Numbered from the stretch's first letter, positions 48,602 to 59,148 are shown. The stretch is 64,000 bases of DNA from Actinomycetota bacterium (GCA_029978705.1 JAPOIY010000013.1:455-64454), one strand, 5' to 3'. Made by a program: numbers and translations. The notes: generated by a model from the letters alone, not told the origin.

Positions 48602-49819
48602 ATGCACCTCGACCGGGATGCCGGCACCCGGATGGCCTACGTGACCCTGGCGACGTGGGCGTTCTTCCTCTACTTCGTCGGCCCAGTCACTCCCCTGATC
48701 GCCGAGCAGCTGGCGGTGCCCCTGCAGACAGCGGGGATGATCGGCGTGGCCCTGGCTGCCGGTCTCGTACTCTCCGGCGCCCTCGGCCCCCTCCTGATCC
48801 TGCGCGTGGGCCGTACCCGCACCGCCATCATCGCCGCCCTGGGCCTTGCCTGCGGCACCCTCCTGCTGGCCGTCGTCGCCAGCTTCCCCGCCGTGCTGGC
48901 GGCAGTCCTCCTGGCCTCGGCCACGGGGTCGCTCCTGATGAACGTGGCGATGGCGGCGCTGGCCGACCGGCACGGGCCCGCCGGGCCGCGGGCCATCACC
49001 GAGGCCAACGCCCTGGCCGCGTGGGTGGGCCTGACCTCGCCCCTGCTGATCGGCCTGGTGGTCGGGCTGGGCTGGGGTTGGCGCCCGGCCTCCGTGGTCA
49101 TCGCCGTGGTGGCACTCGCCGTCGCCGGCATTCTCACGCGTGTTCCCGTACCGGAAGGTCCGCCGCCGGACCATGCGCTCAGCGCCGCAGACACCATCGT
49201 GGCGGCGCCGCAGGACGACACCACGGATGCCGCCTTCCCCGTGCGCTTCTACGTCAGCCTCGTGGCGGTGATCGCCGCTGCCGGCGCTGAGATCTCCCTG
49301 AGCTTCTGGGGTGGGGTCCTCATCGCCGAACACACTGGAACCGACCTTGCCGCCGCCACGGCGATGCTCAGTGTGATGATCGGCGGCATCGCGGTCGGCC
49401 GCACGGCCGGCTCGGGGCTGGCCCGCCGCTTCCCCGTGACGACGTTGGTCTACGCCAGCCTGGTCGTGGCGCTGGCCGGGTTCCTCGTCGTGTGGATCAC
49501 CCCCGACGTGGTGGTGGCTGCCGGGGGGCTTTTCCTCACCGGCCTCGGGCTGGCGCTCCTGTTCCCCTTGACCTCCAGCATCGCCCTCGGTCACGGCGCC
49601 GGACGGTCCGACCGCGCGATCGCGATCATCAGCGTCGTCATCGGCATCACGATGGGAGCCGCCCCGTTCGCCCTGGGAGCCGTGGCCGCCGCCGTCGGTG
49701 TCACCACCGGGTTCCTGATCGTGCCCGCCCTGCTGCTGGCCGGGGCGGCGGCACTGTGGCTCGCGGGAGCGCCGAGCCCCTCCCCCGAACCGAGTGTGAC
49801 GACACGCCACCGGGGGTGA
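48602..49819 (+). CDS. MFS transporter (12-TMS type)
   Basis: 405 aa with about 12 hydrophobic helices. GGAGG precedes ATG 48602. Confidence 0.8.
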   Translation: MHLDRDAGTRMAYVTLATWAFFLYFVGPVTPLIAEQLAVPLQTAGMIGVALAAGLVLSGALGPLLILRVGRTRTAIIAALGLACGTLLLAVVASFPAVLAAVLLASATGSLLMNVAMAALADRHGPAGPRAITEANALAAWVGLTSPLLIGLVVGLGWGWRPASVVIAVVALAVAGILTRVPVPEGPPPDHALSAADTIVAAPQDDTTDAAFPVRFYVSLVAVIAAAGAEISLSFWGGVLIAEHTGTDLAAATAMLSVMIGGIAVGRTAGSGLARRFPVTTLVYASLVVALAGFLVVWITPDVVVAAGGLFLTGLGLALLFPLTSSIALGHGAGRSDRAIAIISVVIGITMGAAPFALGAVAAAVGVTTGFLIVPALLLAGAAALWLAGAPSPSPEPSVTTRHRG

Positions 49820-49870
49820 CCCCCCGCGCCCGGGCGCGGGTGACAATGGGCGCCAGGGAATGGGGTGGCC

Positions 49871-51088
49871 ATGGGTGGGTCGAAAAAGGTGCCCGTCAAG
49901 GGCGTCGCCGCGGTCGCGGGCGCGGTGCTGCTGCTCGTGGTCGCCTTCACGACGCCGTTCAGCGGCGACGGGCAGGCGGAGATGCAGACCGCCCAGGCCA
50001 GCGCCACCGTCGACGTCAGCACGGGTGGGGACGGCGCCGCCGTCGCGGCAGCCCGGGTCGCGGTCAGCTCTCCGCCCGAAGGCCAGCCCGCCGTCTCGAT
50101 CCCCCAGCCGACCCCCGGGGCCCAGCCGGTGCAGACGGTCGTCATCTCGGTGGATGGCGGCTGCGAGACCGCGGACGGCACCATCCGGAAGTTCCTCGAC
50201 ACCGCCAAGCAGGTGCAGGGCCGCTTCACGTTCTTCATGTCCGGCCTCTGCCTCCTGCCGGACGCCCAGCGCATGCTCTACCAGCCTCCCGGCCACCTCC
50301 CCGGTACCTCGGACATCGGATTCGCCACCCCCGAACTGGTCGACCAGCGCATCCGCGTCTTCACTGACATGTGGCGGGAAGGGCACGAGGTCGGGACCCA
50401 CTTCCTGGGCCACTTCTGCGGGGGCAGCGGGGTCGACAGTTGGTCCTCCGAGGACTGGCGCAGTGAGATCTCCCAGGCCCGGACGTTCCTCGACCAGTGG
50501 GCCGGGAACAATCCGCAGGTGACGGACACCTCCCTCACCCTCCCGTTCGACTCCTCCGTGATCGTGGGGGACCGGACCCCGTGTCTCGAGGGACAGCGGC
50601 AGGCGATGTGGGATGCCTTCACCGCGGAAGGGTTCCGGTACGAGGCCTCGGATCCGGGGACGCTCGTGTGGCCCAAGAAGGTGGCCGGCGGCCGACTGTG
50701 GCAGTTCCCACTGCCCGCCCTGAAGCTGGGTGGCACCGACAAGTGGGTGCTGTCCATGGACTACAACCTGCTGGTGAACCAGACCGGTGGGGCGACGGAC
50801 GTCGATCCCGCCGAGTGCGACCAGGTGGCCCAGCAGACCTACGAGACCTTCATGAACGCCCTGGACGGCGTGTACAACGGCAACCGGGCGCCGCTGTTCC
50901 TCGGCACCCACCTGAACAGCTGGGCCTGTGGCGCCTACATCACGGCGCTGGAGCGTTTCATCGTGGACGCCAAGGCGAAGTACCCCGACATCATGTTCGT
51001 CTCCAACCGGGACCTCGCCGACTGGCTCGACGCGATGGACCCGGCCGAACTCAAGTCGCTGCAGAAGCTCGAGGAGCAGCGGTACTGA
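49871..51088 (+). CDS. Membrane-anchored polysaccharide deacetylase-like (NodB-related) protein
   Basis: N-terminal TM anchor. VVISVDGG (variant of TFDDG) and GHEVGTHFLGH (His-His metal motif context). Assignment is tentative. Confidence 0.6.
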   Translation: MGGSKKVPVKGVAAVAGAVLLLVVAFTTPFSGDGQAEMQTAQASATVDVSTGGDGAAVAAARVAVSSPPEGQPAVSIPQPTPGAQPVQTVVISVDGGCETADGTIRKFLDTAKQVQGRFTFFMSGLCLLPDAQRMLYQPPGHLPGTSDIGFATPELVDQRIRVFTDMWREGHEVGTHFLGHFCGGSGVDSWSSEDWRSEISQARTFLDQWAGNNPQVTDTSLTLPFDSSVIVGDRTPCLEGQRQAMWDAFTAEGFRYEASDPGTLVWPKKVAGGRLWQFPLPALKLGGTDKWVLSMDYNLLVNQTGGATDVDPAECDQVAQQTYETFMNALDGVYNGNRAPLFLGTHLNSWACGAYITALERFIVDAKAKYPDIMFVSNRDLADWLDAMDPAELKSLQKLEEQRY

Positions 51089-51614
51089 CCACCGGGCGCG
51101 TCAGCACGTAGTCGTCCTCCCACGAGTCCCCCACGCGGAACGTCTTGGTGCCCGAGATGCGGAACCCCTGTTTGCGGTAGAAGCGCAGCGCCCGCTCGTT
51201 GTGCCGGTTCGTGCCCAGCCAGAGGACGTCGTGGCCCCCGTCGGCGGCGACGGTCACAGCGACGGCGACGATTTGCGCGGCCACCGGGCTGCCGTGATGC
51301 TCCGCGGCGACGTAGATGCGGCGCAGCTCCATCGGAAGCCGCCCGCCGGGCCCGTCGGGCGGGGGCTGCCCGGGGACCAGCATCAGGTAGCCGACCACGG
51401 TCCCGGTCGCGTCCTCGGCCAGGAAGAACCGGTAGGCGGGGTCGGCCAGATCGACGGTGAACGTGGACTCGCTCAGTTCGCGGGCGATGTGGCGGTCGAT
51501 GTCCGCCGGCGAGGTGTGCGGTGGGCACGCGAGGGGAAACGTGGCGGCGGCGAACGTCGCCAGCGCCCCGGCGTCGCCGGGCTGGGCCCGCCGGATCGCG
51601 GGGTCGGAAGCCAT
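51051..51614 (-). CDS. GNAT family N-acetyltransferase
   Basis: RRIYVAAEHHGSPVAAQI (acetyl-CoA motif A region) and NERALRFYRKQGF. Its 3' end overlaps the convergent deacetylase-like gene by 38 nt. Confidence 0.8.
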   Translation of the reverse strand: MASDPAIRRAQPGDAGALATFAAATFPLACPPHTSPADIDRHIARELSESTFTVDLADPAYRFFLAEDATGTVVGYLMLVPGQPPPDGPGGRLPMELRRIYVAAEHHGSPVAAQIVAVAVTVAADGGHDVLWLGTNRHNERALRFYRKQGFRISGTKTFRVGDSWEDDYVLTRPVVSTAAPRASAAT

Positions 51615-51619
51615 CGGAG

Positions 51620-52222
51620 TCAGGCCCCGGTCAGCTCGGCGGCAGCGGCAGCATCCTCCTCCGCTCGCAGGCGCGGCACCCGGGCCTTGCTCGGATCCAC
51701 GCCGCGTTTGTCGGCGAAGAAGGCGCGGATGTGGTCCATGTCCCGGTGGACGTCCCCGGTGAGGGCGTACGGGGCGGCGAACGTGACGGTCTTGGTGGGC
51801 CCGTCGGGCGAGACGAGGACGAGCGGGATCCCGGTGGCCGCGCCCAGCCGGTAGAAGCCGGACTTCCAGTACTCCACGGGTTTGCGGGTGCCCTCGGGGG
51901 TGAGGACGAGTTGGAAACCGTCACCGGCTGCCGCGAGCCGCACCAACTCGTCGATGAGGCCGCCGGGGTTGTCCCGGTCCACCGGGATCGCGCCGACGGC
52001 CCGCCAGAGCGGGCCGAATGGGCCATCCACGATCTCGCGTTTGATGAGGAAGCGGATCCGCAGATCGTTGCTCCAGGCGACCCCCAGCATCAGGGCGCTG
52101 TCGAAACCGGAGGTGTGCGGGGCGCCGACGAAGATGCCGGAATCGTGCGGCCCCGGACGGGGTCCGACCACGCGCCAGCCCGCGATCTTCAGGAAGGCCT
52201 CGCCCGCGAGCCGTCGGATCAC
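51620..52222 (-). CDS. 1-acyl-sn-glycerol-3-phosphate acyltransferase-like (PlsC family)
   Basis: H(X)4D (APHTSGFDSAL) and LTPEGTRK motifs. Stop lies 5 nt before the GNAT start on the same strand. Confidence 0.8.
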   Translation of the reverse strand: MIRRLAGEAFLKIAGWRVVGPRPGPHDSGIFVGAPHTSGFDSALMLGVAWSNDLRIRFLIKREIVDGPFGPLWRAVGAIPVDRDNPGGLIDELVRLAAAGDGFQLVLTPEGTRKPVEYWKSGFYRLGAATGIPLVLVSPDGPTKTVTFAAPYALTGDVHRDMDHIRAFFADKRGVDPSKARVPRLRAEEDAAAAAELTGA

Positions 52223-52269
52223 GCTGCCTCCTTACGCCGGTACGAGCCCAGCGTAGGGGCTCCGGAGCG

Positions 52270-52689
52270 TCAGTCGCCGCCCAGGTCGATGACGTAGGCA
52301 TCCACGAGCACGCGGTTGGTGCGTTCCTCATGGCGCCGCAGCCGGTGCAGGAGTTCCCGCACGGCGGTGGCGACCCCGGCGGCCCGCTCCGGGTCGCCCA
52401 CGGAGTCTCCGGCCAGCACCCGCACCGCCCACACCTGGCCCTGCAGGGCTTCCTCCTCCACGTCGATGCGTCGCAGCTGCGCCGACATGTGCGGGGCGTC
52501 CGCGGTGAGTTGGGCCCGCATGCTGTGCCACAGGGCGTGGCCCTCCTCCATCATCCGGGCGGCGAGCTCATCGAGCCCGGCGACCAACTCGACCCACCAC
52601 TGCGCCATGGTGGTGCGATCCTCCACGAGATGGCCCAAGCGATGGGAAACGTCGGCGACGGAGCCGGGGGTGACGGCGACAACGGTCAT
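52270..52689 (-). CDS. Hypothetical helical protein
   Basis: AAGGAGG lies 6 nt upstream of ATG 52689. 139 aa, predicted all-helical, His-rich pairs (HRLGH, HALWH, HRLRRHEE). No family recognised with confidence. Confidence 0.55.
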   Translation of the reverse strand: MTVVAVTPGSVADVSHRLGHLVEDRTTMAQWWVELVAGLDELAARMMEEGHALWHSMRAQLTADAPHMSAQLRRIDVEEEALQGQVWAVRVLAGDSVGDPERAAGVATAVRELLHRLRRHEERTNRVLVDAYVIDLGGD

Positions 52690-52821
52690 CGGGTACCTCC
52701 TTGCGGCCCCCAGCATGCAGGTCGTTATCTCTTCGTTACCACCCCTGGAAGGACAACTCTTGGTCGCAGTTCTGTCGCGGGCGCCCCGAACTCGGGCGTG
52801 TCGGCCGTGCGTGTCACCCGA

Positions 52822-54426
52822 TCAGGTGACCGGCGCCGGGGTCGGGCGGGGAGTGGGGATCTGGGGGCGGTCGGCGCCCTCGGTCAGCGACAGGGCGACG
52901 AGGGTGACATCGTCGCGCTCCCAGTCCACCGCGCGCGCCCGGGCCTGGGCGAGCGTGCGCCGGACGAGTTCAGCGGGAGCCGCTCCATCCTGGCCCGCGG
53001 TGCGGTAGAGGCGGACCAGGCCGACTGCTCCCAGTTCGGCCCGCGCCGCGTCGTGGGACTCGACCAGCCCGTCGCTGAACGCCAGGAGCACGTCGTCCGC
53101 CGTCATCCGGGTGGTCTGTACCCGCCACGGGCCGCCCAGCCAGGACAGGAGCGGGCCGGTCGGCCCCAGCTCCTGCTGGGCGCCATCGGGGCCGAGCAGC
53201 AGCGCCGGGTGGTGACCGGCGTTGGCCCACCGGATGGCCCCCGTCGTCGGGTCGACACAGATGATCGCGAGCGTCGCGAAGCGGTTCAGCTCATCGGAGA
53301 AGAACGGTGCGGCCGCGGCGATCGCGACTTCCGGCCCGCCGCCGGACACGAGCGTCTGGGCGATCATGTGTTTGACGCGCATGGCGGCCACCCCCGCCTC
53401 GGGTCCGTGGCCGGCGATGTCGGTGATGATCAGCGCGGCTTCGCCGGACGGCATGGCGACGCAGTCCCACCAGTCCCCGGCGAGCACCCCCTCGGCGGAA
53501 CTGACCTCGCCATGCACCGCCACCCCCGGGATGGTGGGGTCGGTCGGGGTGGACAGTTCCCGCCGGATGGCGGCCACGACGGCTCCGGCCCGGTCCCCCT
53601 CCAGTGACTCGCGGGCCGTGCGCGCCTCGTCGATCTCCAGAACCAACTGCCGGCGCATCTCCTCGGCGTCCCGCCCCACCGCTGCAAGTTCCGTGGGGCC
53701 GGTCGGGGTGATGGGTTTGTGGTGCTCCCCACGCTGCGCGACCGTCCGGATCTGGCGGCGGAGCTCGTTGAGCGGCTTGAGCACCCAGCGGAACAGCAGG
53801 TAGCCCGCGGCGGCCAGGGCGCCGAGCAGGACCATCATGGAGAACACGACCACGTTGCTCAGCCGCCGCGAGAGGTCCTGCAGCTCGGCGAACCCGGCGC
53901 TGCGGATGCCGTTGATGGTGTTGTCCACGCGGTCGGTGGTCACCACGAGGCGGTCGTAGGTGGTCGTGGCGGGCACGCTGGTGATCCGTCGTTCCGCCTC
54001 GCCGGACCGGTCGGCGCGCACCGACCGGATCGCGGGCTGCGCCACGCGGCCGATCCACCGGCGGCGGGCCGCCTCGGCGTTGCGCAGCAGGGGGGAGATC
54101 TCCGGGTCCGCCCCGACGAGCCGGTCCAGGGAACTGAGGGCCAGGGCCGAGCGGCGCTCACCGTCGATGTAGGGCCGCAGCGAGTCCTCGGACCCGGTCA
54201 GGACGAAGGACGACAGGCCCCGCTGCATGTCGGAGATGGCCAGCGTCAGCGTGGCGACATCCTCGGCTGCAGGATCGTAGACGGCCACCACCCGGTCGGT
54301 CTCGGCCGACACCTGCGCGGTGCGGAACCCGACGGTCGCGGCCGCCACCAGGACACACGCCAGCCACAGGGCCGCCATCAGGAACAGCAGCCCGCGCAAC
54401 GAGAATCGTTCCCTCAGGCCGGCCAC
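52822..54426 (-). CDS. Membrane sensor PP2C phosphatase (CHASE3-like / HAMP / SpoIIE)
   Basis: N-terminal TM, periplasmic helical sensor, second TM. HAMP-like (FRWVLKPLNELRRQIRTVAQ). SpoIIE/PP2C blocks (AGDWWD, ITDIAGHGPEAG, FSDGLVE). Confidence 0.85.
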   Translation of the reverse strand: MAGLRERFSLRGLLFLMAALWLACVLVAAATVGFRTAQVSAETDRVVAVYDPAAEDVATLTLAISDMQRGLSSFVLTGSEDSLRPYIDGERRSALALSSLDRLVGADPEISPLLRNAEAARRRWIGRVAQPAIRSVRADRSGEAERRITSVPATTTYDRLVVTTDRVDNTINGIRSAGFAELQDLSRRLSNVVVFSMMVLLGALAAAGYLLFRWVLKPLNELRRQIRTVAQRGEHHKPITPTGPTELAAVGRDAEEMRRQLVLEIDEARTARESLEGDRAGAVVAAIRRELSTPTDPTIPGVAVHGEVSSAEGVLAGDWWDCVAMPSGEAALIITDIAGHGPEAGVAAMRVKHMIAQTLVSGGGPEVAIAAAAPFFSDELNRFATLAIICVDPTTGAIRWANAGHHPALLLGPDGAQQELGPTGPLLSWLGGPWRVQTTRMTADDVLLAFSDGLVESHDAARAELGAVGLVRLYRTAGQDGAAPAELVRRTLAQARARAVDWERDDVTLVALSLTEGADRPQIPTPRPTPAPVT

Positions 54427-54491
54427 ACGAGAACGGTAGTCCGTCCGACGCCCGCCCGAGCCCGGTTGGCGGCGGTCCGTACCCTGGTGCG

Positions 54492-55574
54492 GTGACGTCC
54501 GCCCCCCGGCTGCGCCCGGACCTGCATGGTGTGCCGGCCTACCGCGCCGGCACCCGCATCACGCGGGGGGCGCTGCCCGCCTACTCCCTGGCCTCCAACG
54601 AGGTCCCCGGCGACCCGCTGCCGGGGGTCGCGGAGGCGATTGCGGAACACCTGCCGCGGCTGAACCGCTACCCCGATCCCGCCGCCACCGCCCTGACCGT
54701 CCGGTTGGCTGAGCGGCTGGACGTCGGTACCGAGGAACTGACGTTGGGCACCGGGTCTGTCGCGGTGTGCCAGCAGATCACGTTGGCGGCGTGCTCGCCG
54801 GGGGACGAGGTCATCTTCGCCTGGCGGTCCTTCGAGGCGTACCCCATCGTCACCACTCTCGCGCATGCTCAGGCGGTGACCGTGCCCCTCCTGCCCGACG
54901 CGCGGCACGACCTGCCGGCGATGGCGGCCGCGGTGACCGACCGCACCCGGGTGATCTTCGTCTGCACCCCCAACAACCCGACCGGTCCGGCCGTCACCGA
55001 AGCGGAACTGGTCGACTTCCTGGAGCGGGTGCCCCCCGACGTGCTGGTCGTCGTGGACGAGGCCTACTTCGAGTTCGGGCTGGCGCCCGACGGGACACCG
55101 TCCCTCGACGGGGTGGCCGTGGCCCGGGGGCGCCCCAACGTCATGGTGCTGCGGACCTTCTCGAAGGCCTACGGGCTGGCCGGGCTCCGCGTGGGCTACG
55201 GTGTCGCGTCGCCGGCGGTCGCGGCGGCGATGCGCAAGTGCGCCACCCCGTTCGGGGTCTCCCTGCTGGCCCAGGCCGCGGCGTTGGCGTCGCTGGACCA
55301 ACAGGACGAACTGCTGCTCCGGGTCGCCGCGGTGCGGGAGGAGCGGGCCCGGGTGATCACCGCTGCGCGGGAACTGGGGTACGCCGTCCCGGAGTCGGCC
55401 GCGAACTTCTACTGGGTCCCCCTGGGGCACCGGGCGGAGCGCTTCGCGCACACCTGCAAGGAGAACGGTGTCACCGTGCGGGCGTTCCCGGACGAGGGGG
55501 TGCGCATCACGGTGGGAGAGACGGCCGCCAACGACGTCGTCTTGGACCTGCTCTCCCAGTGGCGGGACGACTGA
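54492..55574 (+). CDS. Class II aminotransferase, histidinol-phosphate/aromatic aminotransferase family
   Basis: NEVPGDPLP, CTPNNPTG, VVVDEAYFEF and the RTFSKAYGLAGLRVGY PLP-lysine motif. Confidence 0.9.
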   Translation: MTSAPRLRPDLHGVPAYRAGTRITRGALPAYSLASNEVPGDPLPGVAEAIAEHLPRLNRYPDPAATALTVRLAERLDVGTEELTLGTGSVAVCQQITLAACSPGDEVIFAWRSFEAYPIVTTLAHAQAVTVPLLPDARHDLPAMAAAVTDRTRVIFVCTPNNPTGPAVTEAELVDFLERVPPDVLVVVDEAYFEFGLAPDGTPSLDGVAVARGRPNVMVLRTFSKAYGLAGLRVGYGVASPAVAAAMRKCATPFGVSLLAQAAALASLDQQDELLLRVAAVREERARVITAARELGYAVPESAANFYWVPLGHRAERFAHTCKENGVTVRAFPDEGVRITVGETAANDVVLDLLSQWRDD

Positions 55575-55673
55575 GCGGCTCACCTGGGGCCATCGGCCCG
55601 TGGCCGACCCCTGGGCCCGCGCGGCGGCCTCCGCCTCTGGGGGTGTCCCACGCTCCCCCGGATCGCGGACCCT

Positions 55674-56246
55674 ATGCGGCAGCATGTGGTGATGCGCAAG
55701 GTGATCGTTGTCGTGCCGTGGCTGCTGCTGGTCGCGGGCCTGGCGCTGGTCGTGGTGGCTGCGGTAGGCGGTGCCCGCCAGTTCTTCTCCGCATTGTCCC
55801 CGGTCGCGCAGTGGGACACCCCCGGGTCCCACGAACTGCACCTGGAGGCCGGCCCGTGGGTGGTCTACCAGGCGGCTCCGCGCGGTGCGCCGACCCGCCA
55901 GCTACTGGATCCGACGGACGTCGTGGTGACCGGGCCTGTCGGCGTGGTGCCGACCACGTGCGTCTACTGCACGATGTCGGAGACCCTCACCCTGGGCAGC
56001 AGCCACTTCATCGGGGTGATCCGGTTCACCGCACCGGAGGGGGGGACCTACACCGTCACCACCGAGACGCGGGACGCAGAACTGGCTGTGGCACCGCCCG
56101 CACTGCGGACCGTCGGCCACGTGTTCGTCTCGCTGGCGTGGATCGGGCTGGGCGCGGCGCTCGCCGCCGTCGGAGCCGGGTGGCTCATCGTCCTGCTGGT
56201 GGTGCGCCTCACGCGTCGGGCCTCCCCGCCGGGGACGGCCACGTAG
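55674..56246 (+). CDS. Hypothetical bitopic membrane protein
   Basis: N-terminal TM (VVPWLLLVAGLALVVVAAV), extracytoplasmic beta-rich middle, C-terminal TM. Start is ATG 55674 or 55692. Confidence 0.55.
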   Translation: MRQHVVMRKVIVVVPWLLLVAGLALVVVAAVGGARQFFSALSPVAQWDTPGSHELHLEAGPWVVYQAAPRGAPTRQLLDPTDVVVTGPVGVVPTTCVYCTMSETLTLGSSHFIGVIRFTAPEGGTYTVTTETRDAELAVAPPALRTVGHVFVSLAWIGLGAALAAVGAGWLIVLLVVRLTRRASPPGTAT

Positions 56247-56250
56247 CCGG

Positions 56251-57489
56251 TCAGGCCCCGCCGATGCCGGCGAACATCTCCAGGGCCTTCGGGGTGTCCC
56301 ACTTCACGGCCTGCTGCCCGTTGACCCAGTAGGAGTCGGACTCCACCGGCACCGTGGTCTGTTCGCCCAGGCCGGCGGAGATCATCCCGAGGGCGAGGGC
56401 CATCCGGCCGTCGGCGACGACGCCAGTGCCCTGGTCGACGGTCAGGCTCGACGCGGCGGCCTTGTCGACGGAGAACATCTTGAGCGGGTTGAGGAACGTC
56501 AGGGGGTTCGCCGTCTTGGTCACGACGGCCTTGACGTACTCCTGCTGACGTTCGGCGCGACCGAGGTCGCCCTTCGGGTCGGCGTACCGCATCCGCACGT
56601 AGGCGAGGGCGGTCGGGCCGTCCATCTGCTGGCAGCCCTCCTTCACGTGAAGCCCGGAGTTCTGATCGTTGTAGTTGTCCTTGGGGCACAAGGTGACGCC
56701 CCCGAGCGAGTCCGCCATCTCGGCGACGCCGAGCATTCCGATCTCGACGTAGTGGTCGATGTGCACTCCCGTGGTGTTCTCGACCGTCTGGATGAGCAAC
56801 GGGGGGCCGCCGAGCGCGTACGCAGCGTTGATCTTGTCGTCGCCGTTGCCGGGGATCGGCACCCAGGAGTCCCGCGGGATGGAGATGAGGGTGGGCGTCC
56901 CGATCACGGGGACATGCAGCAGCATGATGGTGTCGGTGCGCTGCCCGTCGACGCTTCCCGTGTGCAGGCGGTGCTGCTCCTTGCGGCTGAGTTCCTCGCG
57001 CCCGTCGGACCCGACGAGGAGGTAGTTGGACCCGGCGGTGTCGGGGATCTGCGAAGCCGGCATCGCGTCGATCTTCCCGACGTTGATCGCGAAGTACCCC
57101 ACGAGCGCCACGACGTAGACCAAGACGGCCACCAGCACCCACAGCACGATCTTCTTGGCCCGACCTGTGCGGCGGGGCTTTGCCGGCGGGGGGACCGGTC
57201 CGGCGGGCGACGGCGCGGCCGGCGGGGGGAGCGGAGTTCCGGCGCGCGGTGGGAGGACCGCTGTCGCGGCTGGGTCGGCGGTGCGGACCGGAGTCGCGGC
57301 CTGCGGCGGGGACGGAGGGGGATCACGGAACAGATCGGAGAAGTCCGCGAGCGCGGTGTCGCTGATGACGTCATGACGTGGCGGCTGGCCACTGGACGCC
57401 GCCGGGATCACGGGATCGCCCGTGGGGGGACGCAGCATGCGCTCGAACTCGGGCGGCACGGCGCCCGGTTGCTCCTGCTCGTCAGCCAT
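56251..57489 (-). CDS. LCP (LytR-CpsA-Psr) family cell-wall glycopolymer ligase
   Basis: ORF 56251-58398 trimmed to ATG 57489. Pro-rich cytoplasmic tail, TM helix. NYLLVGSDGR...RTDTIMLLH...ISIPRDSWV...KINAAYA LCP signature. Confidence 0.9.
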   Translation of the reverse strand: MADEQEQPGAVPPEFERMLRPPTGDPVIPAASSGQPPRHDVISDTALADFSDLFRDPPPSPPQAATPVRTADPAATAVLPPRAGTPLPPPAAPSPAGPVPPPAKPRRTGRAKKIVLWVLVAVLVYVVALVGYFAINVGKIDAMPASQIPDTAGSNYLLVGSDGREELSRKEQHRLHTGSVDGQRTDTIMLLHVPVIGTPTLISIPRDSWVPIPGNGDDKINAAYALGGPPLLIQTVENTTGVHIDHYVEIGMLGVAEMADSLGGVTLCPKDNYNDQNSGLHVKEGCQQMDGPTALAYVRMRYADPKGDLGRAERQQEYVKAVVTKTANPLTFLNPLKMFSVDKAAASSLTVDQGTGVVADGRMALALGMISAGLGEQTTVPVESDSYWVNGQQAVKWDTPKALEMFAGIGGA

Positions 57490-57631
57490 GGCGACAGTGT
57501 GCCCATATGTCCGGATCGAAACCCGATGCGGATCGCCCGTAATCGGCTCGAAACGTAAGGCCCAGGTCAGGGTGTTCGAAATACGGTCGGCGCGGCTCAA
57601 CTCCCGGCTCGTAATCACCGACAATGACTGT

Positions 57632-59089
57632 GTGGGTTGGCGACTGGTCTCCGTGGGATTCGTGTCCGTTCTGACGGCCGCGCTCCTCACCGCGCCCGGC
57701 GCCGGCGCCGGTGAGCCGGAGCCCGCCGAGTGGCGCGAACCAACGGCCACGGTGACCGAGGACCCCGAGGTGCTGGCCGAGGACGTCGGGCGGTCCGAGA
57801 AGTCCGATGTCGTGGTCGTCACGGCGGCTGCCGACGGCCTGGACGTTGCCACCGTCCCGGTCACCGGGCAGGCCGCCGCGGAACAGGCGATCGCGGCGGC
57901 CCAGGAGCAGCCGGGCGTCGTGGCCGTGGGCATGGACCAGCCGGTCCACGCGTTCGGTAGCGACCCGCTGCGTCCCGAGCAGTGGGCCCTCGACATGGTG
58001 CATGCGGACACCGCCTGGACCACGTCGCGGGGAGCCGGCGTCGTGGTCGCCGTCATCGACTCCGGTGTCGACGGCAGCCACCCCGACCTCATCGGCGCCC
58101 TCGTCCCGGGCTTCAACGCCCGCACGGACCGGGGGGACACCAGCAGCCCCGACACCGACCCCGACGGCCACGGCACCCACGTCGCCGGGACCATTGCCGC
58201 CCGGCAGGGCAACGGCATCGGCATCGCCGGGCTGGCCCCCGATTCCCAGATCATGCCCGTGAAAGCTCTCGATGCGCAGGGCGAGGGGTACATGTCCGAC
58301 GTGGTCGAAGGCATGACGTGGGCCGTCGACCACGGCGCCGGTGTCATCAACCTCAGCCTCGGCGGCCCGGACGCGGACTTCGCCTCGTCGGCGGTCACCT
58401 ACGCCCGGTCCAAGGGCGTCACGGTCGTCGCGGCAGCCGGTAACGACGGCACCACCACGCCCATGTACCCGGCCGCCGTGCCGGGGGTGCTCGGGGTGGC
58501 CGCCGTCGACGCGAACGGCAACGCCGCGTCCTACTCCAACCGGGGGTCGTGGGTCGACATCGCGGCTCCGGGCAGCCGGATCATCTCCACGGTCCCGGCG
58601 CCGGAGAACTATGCGTCCTACTCCGGTACCTCGATGGCGACGCCACACGTGTCGGCGGTCGCCGCGCTGGTCCGCGCCGCCGCCCCGGGCTCCGACCCGG
58701 TGTCCGTCATCACATCGACCGCCACGGACATGGGGCTCGGGCCCGACTACGGCGCCGGCGTGGTCGACGCGGCAGCGGCGGTCGCCGCGGCCCGCCCCGG
58801 CCCGACCCCGACGCCGACTCCGACGTCGGTCCCCGTGCAGACACAGTCGGTGAAGGTGCCGAGTTCCGTGCGCGTCGGCCGCACGAAGGCCCTCCCGCGG
58901 CGCACCGCCCAGGGCGTCTCGATCAGCGGGTGGCGGACCAGTACGTACTCGCGCTGCGGCCTGGTGCGGCGGGCCGGCAAGGCCCGGGTCCTCGGGAAGC
59001 GGCGCGGCACATGCAAACTGCGTGTCACCGCCCCCGCGTCGGGCAACTACGCCGCCCTGAACACCCGGTTGACGCTGCGGGTCACCTGA
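57632..59089 (+). CDS. Secreted S8 (subtilisin-like) serine peptidase with PT linker and basic Ig-like C-terminal domain
   Basis: GTG 57632. Signal peptide. [40 protein letters not shown] linker. C-terminal ..[18 protein letters not shown]... Confidence 0.92.
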   Translation: MGWRLVSVGFVSVLTAALLTAPGAGAGEPEPAEWREPTATVTEDPEVLAEDVGRSEKSDVVVVTAAADGLDVATVPVTGQAAAEQAIAAAQEQPGVVAVGMDQPVHAFGSDPLRPEQWALDMVHADTAWTTSRGAGVVVAVIDSGVDGSHPDLIGALVPGFNARTDRGDTSSPDTDPDGHGTHVAGTIAARQGNGIGIAGLAPDSQIMPVKALDAQGEGYMSDVVEGMTWAVDHGAGVINLSLGGPDADFASSAVTYARSKGVTVVAAAGNDGTTTPMYPAAVPGVLGVAAVDANGNAASYSNRGSWVDIAAPGSRIISTVPAPENYASYSGTSMATPHVSAVAALVRAAAPGSDPVSVITSTATDMGLGPDYGAGVVDAAAAVAAARPGPTPTPTPTSVPVQTQSVKVPSSVRVGRTKALPRRTAQGVSISGWRTSTYSRCGLVRRAGKARVLGKRRGTCKLRVTAPASGNYAALNTRLTLRVT

Positions 59090-59148
59090 CCGCACTGCGG
59101 CGTCGGATAACCTCCCCGCAGGAACGGGAAGCCAGGGGAGTCGTCGCC

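Noticed and set aside
48371-50911. 846-aa minus-strand ORF opposite the MFS and deacetylase-like genes
   Set aside because: It is a shadow ORF that spans two real genes and their intergenic region and has no recognisable domains.
57490-57631. Three TCGAAA(C/T) motifs and CGGATCG repeats in the LCP / S8 divergent region. I considered a LexA SOS box (TCGAAC-N4-GTTCGA) or degenerate copies of the GTCGCATGCGAC family.
   Set aside because: The half-sites are about 20 nt apart rather than N4. Similarity to the palindromic family is limited to short GAAAC/ACGGTCG strings, so this is not convincing without statistics.
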